Source: Mustelus asterias (lineage: Eukaryota). From it: 64,000 bases of DNA. Positions within the stretch are counted from its first letter, which is position 1, and each line of letters opens with the position of its first letter. The notes beneath the pieces were generated by a model, which saw only the letters and a program-made list of their open reading frames with translations, was not told the DNA's origin and searched no databases. The stretch spans positions 44,392,001 through 44,456,000 of the forward strand of contig NC_135817.1 in NCBI RefSeq assembly GCF_964213995.1, given 5' to 3'. Shown here one piece after another: positions 1 to 11,090 of this stretch. Position numbers and translations under genes: made by a program.

Positions 1-1849
1 TCATTGAACCACTCTCCAGATTCCCCCATTCCAACCAGCCAGGGATTGACCCGGAGTCTCCAGGAATTAAACATTAATCTCCACAATGTTGCTGAGAGCA
101 ACCCAGGAAAAAAAGATCACAAGAATGTTGAAAGGAAAATATTTTCCCCAAGCAAGTTCACTTATTAGTTCTAAAAGTATTGATGGAATAAATGGTTGTT
201 TGACTGAGCATGGCCTTGGAGGCAGAGATCATGTGGTGAAACTGATACATCGAACAGTTGACAACCCTATTCTGCCCTTGTTTCTTATCTTCCTAGCTTC
301 AGGACATTCCTGCTGCAGTAACTGTCTGGCTACCTCTCCTTCTAGAGTGTTGCTGGAATTTCTCGGTCAGGCCATGGGAGGCTCTCTCTTATTGGGGCGA
401 ATCCTGCCAGAAGTATGCTGTGCAAAATGGGTTGAACCCAAGACTGGGAAACTGGGCTATGTTTCGGTTAGTGCCGGAGGGTCAACAAAGTTCTGCTCAG
501 CTAGAACAAAGGTGCTGGATACATAATCCCAGTACCAGTGTCCCAACACTGGTAGACAAACACTTGACCTCGAATCTACCTCAGGCTGCTTGAATTTGGG
601 AATTGCCCAGATGAGGTGCCAATCAAGGCTGCTACCATGAATTGAAAATCTTCCACATAGTTCCTACACAGCCTGTTCAGATAACTTAGGCTGTGCTCAT
701 CCCAATTCAACAATTCCCAAAGTATTAATAACGAATGACAATGAAGCATCTAAACAACTGCTCCGAATTTTCACAAGCTGAAGTGATGTGCACGAAACAG
801 AAATTCTCCAGCTAATTCATTTGAATTTACTCATGTTCCATGAAGCAGAGTTGTTTAGATTTAATTCCTTGTGAGTGGAATTTAATGTAAGAATGTTGTC
901 ATGAATATTAACAACAAGAACAAAGAACAGTAGAGCACAGGCACAGGCCCTTCGGCCCTCCAAGCCTCCACCGATCACATTTACCTATCTAGACCAATCA
1001 CTTATATCCCTTTATTCCCCGTTTGTTCGTACATCTATCAAGATAAGTCTTAAATGTGGCTAACATAACTGCCTTAACCACCTCACTTGGCAGTGCATTC
1101 CAGGCTCCCACCGCCCTCTATGTAAAAAAACTTCCCCCGCACATCTCCACTGAACCTTTCCCCCCTTATCTTGAACTTGTGCCCCCCTTGTAATTGTCAT
1201 TTCTGCTCTGGGAAAAAGCTTCCAACAGTTCAAGTATTCCAGATTTTCCCAAAATGCTTTGCAGCTGTTAAAAGTGCACTTGAATGTATGATCACTGTTG
1301 TAAATTGCAGAATGCAGCAGCCAAATTGCGTACAGAAATATCCCCCAAACGCTAATGTAATAATGACTACATTATCTGTTTTAACAATATTGGTTCAGGG
1401 ATCAATATTGTCCAGGACAGTGTGGGTAACTTCCCTGATCTTCCCTCTGGTATCTCTTACATTCACCTGAGAGGGCAGATGTTTAGCATTTCATCTGCAA
1501 GACAGCAGTATTCGCTCATTACTGCCCTGGCAGTGTCAGTCTAGATTTTACAAACAAGTATCTGGAGTGCGGCTTAAACCCAGAACATTGGTGGAATTAT
1601 ACATGGACAGGATCTTATGGCCCCGTAAAAGTCAATGGACGTTTGAACAGCTCACTACATTTTATAGCTCTGGCCCTACGGGGCTTTAATATTCAGCCTC
1701 TTCTGACTCAGACATGAGAGTGCTACCACTGAGCCACAGCAGACAGGGTAATCCACTGTAACTAATAAACCTCTGTATATTTTAGAGCAGAATACATCAC
1801 AGAATGTTGGTGAACAATTGATGTTTTACTATAATTTTCTATTTCACAG

Positions 1850-2185
1850 GAGAACTCCTGGACGTAGAGACACAAGAAAATATGACAGCAGTTTTAGGTG
1901 GAAATGTTACCTTCAACTGTACTACACATTTAGAAGATATTCTACAGGTCACCTGGCAAAAGATAAACGGTCAATCTGAGGACAATATTGCTACATTTAG
2001 TGACCAGTTCGGATTCCATGTACTTGGATCATTTATCGATCGAGTTGATTTGATTCAATCAGGGGCTCAAGTCTCCTCTATTGTACTATCTGGAGTGGGG
2101 CATGAAGATGAAGGATGTTATCAGTGTGTCTTTACTTCATTCAGAAGTGGCCAAAGTATTGGGACGACCTGCTTCACTGTACATG
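1850..2185 (+). CDS. CD200/OX-2-like membrane glycoprotein, Ig V-set exon A (internal, phase 1-1)
   Basis: Acceptor tttctatttcacAG, donor G|gtatga, 336 nt open. Translation ELLDVETQENMTAVLGGNVTFNC...LQVTWQK...DEGCYQCVFTSFRSGQSIGTTCFTVH matches the recalled CD200 V-domain pattern (VTWQK, DEGCYxCxF, extra Cys in the G strand). Several N-x-T sequons. Signal-peptide exon not in window. Confidence 0.9.
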
Positions 2186-2841
2186 GTATGATAGATACTG
2201 TTGTGAATGTGTGATTGTTTCTGACCAATTTGACAACGAAGGAAAATGATTTCTGAGGTACTTAAACAAATCAATGCAGCTTTATTTACAAAGTGTTGCC
2301 TGATTGAAGACCAACATGGAAGAGATATAAAAACCCATGAATTCCTCTTGTGACATCATAGAATGTAATGTGTCTAATCAGAAACAGGCCGACTGAAAAT
2401 TGAGAGCCTGGCACTAACCAATTAATGACCAAATAATCTGCCTTAATAATGTTCATTAATGCATTTGTATTGACCAGACAGCAGAGGGGGAGAGGGGAAC
2501 TTTTCCACCGTTCTGGATCCAATATGGTATTTCTAACTTTCTCCTGAGAGGGCTGATGCAACGTGTGTTTAGCATCTCATCCGAAAGGCAGCACCTCCAA
2601 TAGCACAGTCCTCTCTCACTACTGTACTGAAAGTGTCAGTCTAGAGTTTGCAGTTAAACTTTGGAGAGCATCTTGAGCCAACAACTCTGTTGGGACTGAA
2701 TGTACAATGATTGAGCTATAGTGACATTCTAAGTCTTCTGCAGGCTGTAAACTTCCGAATACTTCAGAGATAAATGCATTACATAAAACGTTTGTGGAAC
2801 AATTGAGGTGTTTGACTGTCTTCTTTTTTTCCATTTCACAG

Positions 2842-3177
2842 CAAAGGACATATATGTGGAGACACAGGTGAATGTGACAGCGGTTTTAGGTGAAAATGTT
2901 ACCTTCAACTGTACTTCACATGTAGAAGACGTTCTGCAGGTTACCTGGCAAAGGTTAAGTGGAGAATCTGAGGACAATATTGCTACATTTGGTGAAAAAT
3001 TTGAAGCCAATTTTTTTGGGTCATTTATTGGTCGAGCTACTTTCGTATCATCAAAGATGCAAATGTCCACTGTTGTATTATCTGGAGTGAAACTTGAAGA
3101 TGAAGGATGTTATCAGTGTGTCTTTCATACATCCAGAAGTGGCCGAAGTATTGGGAAGACCTGCCTCACTGTACACG
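2842..3177 (+). CDS. CD200/OX-2-like membrane glycoprotein, Ig V-set exon B (paralogous copy of exon A)
   Basis: Acceptor ttccatttcacAG, donor G|gtaaga, 336 nt, phase 1-1. KDIYVETQVNVTAVLGENVTFNC...LQVTWQR...DEGCYQCVFHTSRSGRSIGKTCLTVH; colinear with exon A. Confidence 0.9.
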
Positions 3178-3997
3178 GTAAGACTGAAACAAATGTAAAA
3201 ATAAAAAAAGTTTGAAAGTAAAAAAAGTGAACTACATTATCAAGATCAATAGACTGTAACTTCCTAGTTCCCCAACATCAGATTTGGGGGTGCCCCAAAG
3301 ATACACTAGGGATTCCATCTCTGAAGGGCCTGAATGCAATAACTTCCTCCGGGTAATTGCGCTGCAATGGAACTACCTGAAAATGTGATTTAAATCGTAA
3401 TCTTCGGGTGGTTCCACCCTCCCTACAACTGTTCCCCCCACAGTTATTCCCCCCACTCCGACACCCCCAAGGTTTCCCCTGACCCCTGGCCTCCTGTCAT
3501 AACATGGGTTCTTTATGTTGCTGTGGTGATGTTCGATTGTTGAGATCTTGTGACTTGTATGTTTAAACGTAAACCTCTTTATTGGTGGGCTTTAGCTATT
3601 TACAGTTCCTGTATGCTCATGCATGGCATTAGCTCTACTGTGCAGGCTAGTTGCTTATAGAGTTTTTCTTCAAAACTAATCTCAAATAGGGGGGGATTCT
3701 CTGTGCCCCCCACAATGCGTTCTGCAGCAGTGGGAGGTGGCCTGCTGTTGGCTGACAGTGGAACCTTCTGGCCCTGCTGCTATTGATGGAATTTCCCATT
3801 AACTCCATTCCCCCCCCCCCCACCTCCAGGAAACACGCGGCGGGAGTTCACTGTTGGTGGACCAGAAGATCCCGCCAGCAAGAAAAGCCATAAAATTCCA
3901 GCCTGAGAGTATTTTACCATGTGTCTGTATACATCACACAGTGGGCAGTGCCACTCTCTAGCACCATGTTCACTCTTGCTCTGGCGAGCACACATCA

Positions 3998-4152
3998 AGA
4001 AGTTTAACAACACCAGGTTAAAGTCCAACAGGTTTATTTGGTAGCAAAAGCCACACAAGTGAGGCTACCAAATAAACCTGTTGGACTTTAACCTGGTGTT
4101 GTTAAACTTCTTACTGTGTTTACCCCAGTCCAACGCCGGCATCTCCACATCA
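3998..4152. mobile_element. Short PLE fold-back insertion
   Basis: Inverted arms of the AGAAGTTTAACAACACCAGGTTAAAGTCCAACAGG repeat plus tail ...CCAACGCCGGCATCTCCACATCA. Flanked by a near-perfect duplication GAGCAC(A/C)CATCA. Confidence 0.85.
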
Positions 4153-4745
4153 TGAGCACCCATCACACAGTGAATGGTACCACTTTCCAGTCCTACATTA
4201 ACCCTTGCTCTGCCGAACACCTTTACATTCTAATACATGCAGGCATATATCATCACCCCTGACCTCTGCACCTCCCGCCTACTTGAATTCCATCCACTTA
4301 CCTTTGGCACATACCTTCTCTCTGGCCTGTCAGATTCACTGGGTCCCATTAAACGTAACTGCTTTACAGCAAAACAGGGGATGTGGTCTCCTTGAAACTG
4401 ATGGAGCTGGACTGTGCTGGGGTCTGCGGAAACTCTTTCAATGCAGATCTCAAGCAGTTCTGGCCATTGGGGCTATCCATGTGGTTTTCAAGACCAGGTA
4501 AGTGGGCAATACAGATTTCTAATTCTAGTGAGCCATTTCTTTCTGACACTAATCAGAAGTTATGGCCTATTGAGTTAAATAAAAACCAAAAATGATGAGA
4601 ACACTCAGCAGATCAGTAATTATCTGTGGGGAGAGAGCACAGAGATTACATTTCATATTATTGACCTTTCATCAGAACTCTATCATCCACTGTGCAGCTG
4701 CAATTTTGCAGAGATTTAGGTGCTGTTGCAATCTCCATGGAGACC

Positions 4746-4972
4746 TGTAATAATTCCTGTTCACCAGTTAGGTAAATAACAACTGCAACGTTTATTTATA
4801 GGTAACTATAATACAGAGGCTTGCAGCCTCCTGGCTGTCAGTCAACTTCCAGGGCTAAACTGATACAGAAACCCACACCTGCTTGGGTGATTCTCCCAGC
4901 CTTGCCCCAGATAGATTACCCAGGTCACGTGACCCTCTCGACATATCACCCCATAAAGGGGCAAACACCACA
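4746..4972. mobile_element. Short solo LTR-like insertion (227 bp)
   Basis: TGT...ACA termini with a perfect 5-bp TSD AGACC (4741-4745, 4973-4977). Confidence 0.65.
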
Positions 4973-6142
4973 AGACCGATGACTTTTGAAGAGAAATTCA
5001 AACTTCCAGTTGATAGCTGAAAGAATGACGAGACAAGATTCCATGTTTTAAACCATTTACCATTGTTTCTTTTTTGCAGAAGACCTGTACATTAAGTTAC
5101 AGAGAGGAGCATTCCCCTTTTATACTTACCACGCATTGCACTCTACAGAATTACAATCTTTGTAGCAAATAGTCCATAGTTTTTCCTTGTTTATTCCAGT
5201 CGGTTCCCGTATCTTTGCTTTGCTCAGCAGTAATTTTAAATGACCATCTCCAGATGCCACTAGCAGCAGTAAAGCCTGTTGTGGTGATTTTAAGGCCATG
5301 CCAGAAAAAAGCTCCCTGAATCTATAGAAGGCAGCAGGGCACATCTTTTTGATGAGAGATTCATTTTGGCCACATCTCTGGGTGTGGTCACTCATAAGGT
5401 CAAGCAGTCTCTTTCTCTGCTGACCACACAGAACTGCTGATTATCTGAGAAATTCATTGAGTTGTAAGGAAGCCTGTAACCTGATCTCAAAAATTACTTC
5501 CACATGGCAATGTGTAACCTTGTATCAAGATAAAAATGTTAATTAGCTATCCTTGATCTCACATCCCTTTCATCTTAAGAGTACATGGATAATTTACAAC
5601 ATAATTGCTTATAATTTGAAACCTACAACACCTTTCTGGGATTTTGGGAGACTCTGGCTTTACTAATGGTAAACTCAGAGACTGCTGCCAGTGTTTCCAA
5701 GTGCAAATGCCTTGCAGTTTCTTCTTAACATTCAAACAACCCTGGCTTACTATCAGGCAGACTTCAGAACAGGTCACATGACACCCTTCTTGGCATCAAG
5801 TTGAAAGTTGAGCCATTAAAGTGGGAGAATAAGGGGATGAAGCTAAGGCCTTTGTAGAGGAGTGAACATATGGGGCTCATAGAGGACAAAGGTCATAGTG
5901 TATAGTGAAAATAGGGCAAAGATTAAAATTGGAGGGAAGAATGGGGTCAGAAGAAAATGCAAATGAAGGAGGATCAGGATGGAGTGTGCTTGGTATCTAA
6001 GAATCTTTGAAGCTTGCAGTCCTTGATACTTGAAGTGATAGAAAAGCAGTTTTATTAAAGCTTTGGTTGAAACAGTTCTTGAAATGAAACTGACTAATAG
6101 TTCTGAAGTAAAGTGAGTTAGCTATACTGAAGGTAAACGTCA

Positions 6143-6270
6143 AGTTCTGATGAAAGATTATCAACGTGAAATGTTAATCTGTTTCTCTCTCCACAAATGT
6201 TGCTTGACTTGCTGAAAGTTTTCAGCAATATTTATTTTTATTTCAGATTTCCAGCATCCACAATATTTTG
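6143..6270 (+). repeat. Second interspersed repeat family beginning with a degenerate hammerhead-like motif; copies at 4588-4679(-), 47731-47820(+) and 53190-53405(-)
   Basis: AGTT-CTGATGA-A-stem-GAAA-YGTT-AA followed by TCTGTTTCTCTCTCCACAGATGCT..., shared among the copies. Confidence 0.6.
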
Positions 6271-7463
6271 TTTGTCTAAATTAGTCAAATGACAAACAAC
6301 ACCCAACAACCATATCACCATCCTGGATTTAGCTTGTTTTTGGAAATGTCAAAGCTATGGCATTAGATTTTTCTGGGAAATATGGAAGTTGTGGCATTAT
6401 GTTAATGTTAGACTGGAAAGAGCCTAGAAAGACAAAGCATTCCATGTGAGTATTCAACTGGTTGTGGTAAAGTTGTGTGTGACATAAAACACCATAAACA
6501 TATACTTCAAGCCACAATTCTCCTTAAGATGTTGAATTTATTCCCTCATTTAGAAAGAAGATGCCTTAATATTAGGAATTGCAATGATCTGATCCACCAC
6601 TTCTTCCCATGTAACCCTGACAGACGCCTTTTGAGGAGAGAGTCGTTTACCTCTGAAGCTGATGCTTTTAGATAGCCAGAAGTGTCAGCTCTGCTTTGGA
6701 TCAGCTCCATCAACATAATTTCCAAGGCTCTTTATGAGAAAAGGCTAACCGCTCTAGGCACTTGCAAATTTCCAGCTTGTCCTCCAACAAACCTAGCACA
6801 TAAAGGTACAAAAGTCATCATCAGAGGAAATGCAGATGGCTTTTTAAGGAATAACATCTGCATTTTTAGCCTCTTGCTCTAATTCCTCCCTTCCCCAGGG
6901 CCACCACACTATCTGCTTTTCCAACCAATACTTTCTGCAAATAAGGGAAGATGAACTACCTGTTGGCACATTTCTGGTTTCACCATTCTGTCCATTCTGT
7001 GCACCCCCCACCACCCCCACCCCACCACCCCACAACAACCCAGATCCAGAAGAAATTTTCTTTTAATTTGCTTAGTGGAGGCTCCCATATATTTTGCAAT
7101 CATACAATTGGCTGGATACTGAAGTAACTCCTCAGAGGCAAATCTTGGATGAAAGGGGCTTCCTCTCTTTCCGCTCAAGCAGGGTGATCTGCCAAATTTT
7201 TCCCCCCTCCTTAAACTGCTCCCACCAGCCTCAAGATATGCAGCTGGGCTGCAAGCAGCATGTAAGTAGCCAAAAATTGGCCTCTCGGCCTCATCCAAAC
7301 TCTGTAAATTTACGGACAGGTTGGTGCAGGTGGGAGGGCACCTAAAGGATTTTATTAACCCCCACCACCTCACACTTGTAAAGCTACCATTGGGGAACCA
7401 TAAAATTCTGCTCATCCCAGTTTTCACCAAAGGCATTAATATTTCCCTTTTGTGTTTTTGCAG

Positions 7464-7575
7464 CACATACAAAGTCGCAGCTCCGTATCTGGATTATTTC
7501 AATAATGCTAACAATTCTGTTAGTTATAGCTGTATCCAGCCTCTACTGGTATAAAAAGAGGAGACACCAACAAAA
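7464..7575 (+). CDS. CD200-like gene transmembrane exon
   Basis: Acceptor ttttgtgtttttgcAG, donor AA|gtaagg. The phase-1 frame reads AHTKSQLR-IWIISIMLTILLVIAVSSLYWY-KKRRHQQK: a 22-residue hydrophobic stretch then a basic stop-transfer. In frame with exon B. Not in the ORF track. Confidence 0.85.
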
Positions 7576-9526
7576 GTAAGGAAACTTTATTGCTTTGCAC
7601 AATAGTGCAGAATGTTCTGGAACACATCTGCATCTAATGGCTTGCCCGTTGGACGTCTTCCCTCTTGCAGCTTGAAAATTGTCCGTGCCAAAAAATGGTG
7701 AAAGTGTGAGCTGGCACTGGTAATAGGGCATCTGGTAACATTGATTTTTGCTGAAGCAGCAAGGTGAATTAGAAACTGACTTGCTGCTATAGAAATAGGC
7801 CTCTCACAAGATTTTCCGCTCCCATTGCTAAACCCGCCCAAGAAGAACGGGAACGGAAAATCCCCGCCAATACAATTTCTTGGATTTTCCTAACAGATTT
7901 TCTTGACAGCTGGACTCCATGGATATGAGAATGCTCCTAGTGTGTGCTAATAATAATCAGATGTCTTTACTCTGGCAATCAATTTCATTTTCATTACATT
8001 CAAAGCCGGTCACTCCAGAGAAGTGTCACAAACGTTAAGGCCCAAGGTGTTAAAGATAAATTAGTGGTGTGGTTAACAGTTTGGTATAAATCAAAGTGAA
8101 TAGAAGTAAATATCTGTTTCTTGAAATGACAAGAATGCAATTAGCATTGTGTTCCAAGGACTGTGTTGTGACCTTTTGACTGTGTATAGATAAATGTTTG
8201 GCCATTAGCAAAGAAGCACATCAATATAAGCAATGGCATCTTTTACTCAGCAAATGCCAAATGATTGACAAAATTAAGTCTTTTTAGATTCATGTCCCTG
8301 TTAAATTTCTTGCAGGCCAACATATGACATCAATTACAGCAGTCTTCTTCTTCAGTGATCACTCACTAACGTGTATGATTGTCCACCTAAGAAACTCTGT
8401 GTCACTGGTCATGGGTTCTGTGGATCTTTGCATGGCTGATGAGCCTAGATTCTAGAGCCGCATCTCTGACTGTACATTTGGCAGGTGTTTCTGTGAGATG
8501 GGATGGGTTCTTGAACTCGAGATCGCTGGTATTCCTTTCTCAGGCTCCTTTTCCAGACCTCCTCTTGCTGTAATGTATTGTAGAACGTTATAGTGATCTG
8601 GATGACGTCTTCTGTTGGCTCCTGAAATAATACAGCGTTGAAGAAGTTGAGTACAGTTTTCACTTGCATTGCCTTTCAGATATTGCGGCATGACTGCATA
8701 TCTATTTTTAGGAAGTGGTACCGACCTGAAGTCATACCCTGTTGAGGCAAAGCTTACTTTTACACAATTGATCACTGAGTATGAAATATGTCTGCAGTAT
8801 TTACACTGTTGGAAAATAAGAACTTCAAAATATAGGCTTCTGATGGGCATTTTGAGAGATTAGGAAAAAGTTTAATGTCTTATTTCTCCGAAGCTTCTGT
8901 TAAGCAGAAGTGCACTGTTTTGAACCGTTGACTTATAGCACCTGCAGTATCACAAGTGGCGTTCTTATTGCTAAACAAGGAAGGAACAACATGAAACTCA
9001 GCTATTTTTGCCTTATGCACAAATGGCTGAAGGTGGTAGGGCAGGTTAAAAAAGTGGTTAAAATAGATACAGCATTATAAATCAAAGAAGGAAGTTAAGA
9101 TGAAGCTCTTTTGTAAAACACCAGTTGGACCTCAACTGGAGTCCTGTGTCCAGTTCTGGGCAGGGACTTTAGGAAGCAGTGAAGGCTTAGAGACGGGACA
9201 GAAAATATTTACAAATATGCTTCCGGGGACTTCAGTTACATGGATGGATTGGAAAAGTTGGGGCTGTTCTCCTTAGAAAAGGAAAGATTGAGAGGAGATG
9301 TGATAGAACTGTAAGTGGCCAAGATGGAATAGATAGTGTGAAACTGTTTCTGTCAGGAGAAGAGTCCAGAACCAGATGACACCAATTTAAAATGAATGGG
9401 GGAAAAAAAGCAACAGCAACATGAAGAGATCTTTTTTCAGATAAAGAGTGGATAGGATTAGGAAAACACTGTGTAAAACTGAGGTGCAGAGGCAGATTCA
9501 ATCATGGCTTTCCATGGGAACTGGAT

Positions 9527-9840
9527 AAGTTAAAGTTAAAGATTATTTATTAGTCACAAGTCGGCTGGCATTCACACTGCAATGAAGTTACTGTGAAAAT
9601 CCCCTAGTCGCCACACTCCGGCCCCTGTTCGGATACACTGAGGGAGAATTCAGCATGGCCAATGAACCTAACCAGCACATCTTTGGACTGTGGGAGGAAA
9701 CTGGAGCACCCGGAGGAAACCCACGCAGACACAGGAAGAATGTGCAGACTCCACACAGACAGTGACCCAAGCCGAGAATCAAACCCAGATCCCTGGCGCT
9801 GTGAGGCAGCAGTGCTAACCACTGTGCCACCGTGCTGCCC
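9527..9840 (-). mobile_element. tRNA-derived V-SINE (HE1-like), tail type B
   Basis: Head GGGCAGCACGGTGGCACAGTGGTTAGCACTGCTGCCTCACAGC (A/B boxes) and V-domain GGGTTTCCTCCGGGTGCTCC. Ends in AATAAA plus a short repeat. Confidence 0.85.
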
Positions 9841-10058
9841 CTGCACCTGAAGATGACATTTCCAGAGTAATGGGGTAAGGGTGGGGAAGTGGCATTAGTG
9901 GAATTGCTCTTGCAGAGAGCTGCACTGACACAACGGGTCAAATGGCTTCCTTTGGTGCTGTGTCCATTCTATAATTCTGGAAGATCCCGACAATCTGCCT
10001 GATGTGACATTGAATCAACCAGGTTATGATTTTCTTTTCTTGTTATTCTTTCTATTAG

Positions 10059-10112
10059 AAATTGCCAGACTTGATGGGACAGCCATGGTTCAGAATTCAC
10101 AACCTTTTTGAG
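10059..10112 (+). CDS. Candidate cytoplasmic-tail exon of the CD200-like gene (K-NCQT-stop when joined to the TM exon)
   Basis: Long polypyrimidine tract plus tAG, donor GAG|gtaata. The phase-2 frame stops at 10072-10074. Splice-signal evidence only. Confidence 0.45.
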
Positions 10113-10305
10113 GTAATAACTGCCGTATGATCTCTCATGGTTCCGCTTTGTGTTTTAATAAAAGCTTTAAATGGGAGAATGAAGACAATGTGAAAATTAA
10201 TTCATTGCTGAATTAACTTGCACAATTACTAAGCAACTCAAAATCAAATGCCACCTTAACACTAGGGTCGGATTCTAGATAGAATTGGAAATTCCCACTC
10301 GAAGT

Positions 10306-10620
10306 CATAGGATCCCTACGGTGCAGAAGGAGGCCATTTAGCCCATCAAACCTGCACCAACAACAATCCCACCCAGGCCCTATCCCCACATATTTACCCT
10401 GCTAGTCCCCCTGACACTAAGGGGCAATTTGGCATGGCCAATCAAACAGTAACCTACACATCTTTGGACTGTGGGAGGAAACGGAGCACCCGGAGCAAAC
10501 CCATGCAGACATGGGGAGAACATGCAGACTCCACACTGACAGTCACCCGAGGCCGGAATCGAACCCAGATCCTTGGCGCTGTGAGGCAGCAGTGCTAACC
10601 ACTGTGCCACCTTGCTGCCC
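10306..10620 (-). mobile_element. V-SINE (HE1-like)
   Basis: Same head and V-domain, CR1-like tail. Confidence 0.85.
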
Positions 10621-11015
10621 TATTCATCCCATCAATTTGAACTTTATCAAAATGAAGGTGTTAAATCTGAAAGAGCAATGCGTAATCTCACAATACAGCT
10701 CTCCTCCTGGTGAAATTACTTCTGATAAATTGACCGGAATTTTACCACCCCGCCCACCACAGGAATCAGAGCGGGCGAGGGGCAGACAATGGGAAGCAAC
10801 AGACCTTTGGCTGGTCCATCAAATTTTCCATCCTGTCTGTGGTAATTCCCACCGTGGGTGGGACCCGAAAACCACTTAATTAACATGCATTGGAAATAAT
10901 TGGTCCCAGGAGAGAGTTTAAGCATGTGGAGAAAAAGACCCAGAAGTTGCAGAAAGCTCAAAGCCCGTGGATCAGCTTCCATTGTATTTCTCGCTCAAGA
11001 CTGACTTCAGTTTTA

Positions 11016-11090
11016 AACCTGTTGGACTTTAACCTGGTGTTGTGAGACTTCTTACTGTGCTTACCCCAGTCCAACGCCGGCATCTCCACA
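11016..11090 (+). mobile_element. 75-bp 5'-truncated PLE end
   Basis: Same terminal sequence and tail. 10-bp TSD TTCAGTTTTA (11006-11015, 11091-11100). Confidence 0.85.

Noticed and set aside
86-526. 146-aa ORF and other long ORFs (e.g. 6909-7472, 39662-40078, 56326-56814)
   Set aside because: No recognisable protein motifs or exon structure. Several overlap degraded repeats or low-complexity DNA.
5080-5165. Possible phase-1 exon (EDLYIKLQRG...stop) giving a secreted CD200-like isoform
   Set aside because: It has a good acceptor but no domain similarity or other support. Intronic AG sites like this are common.
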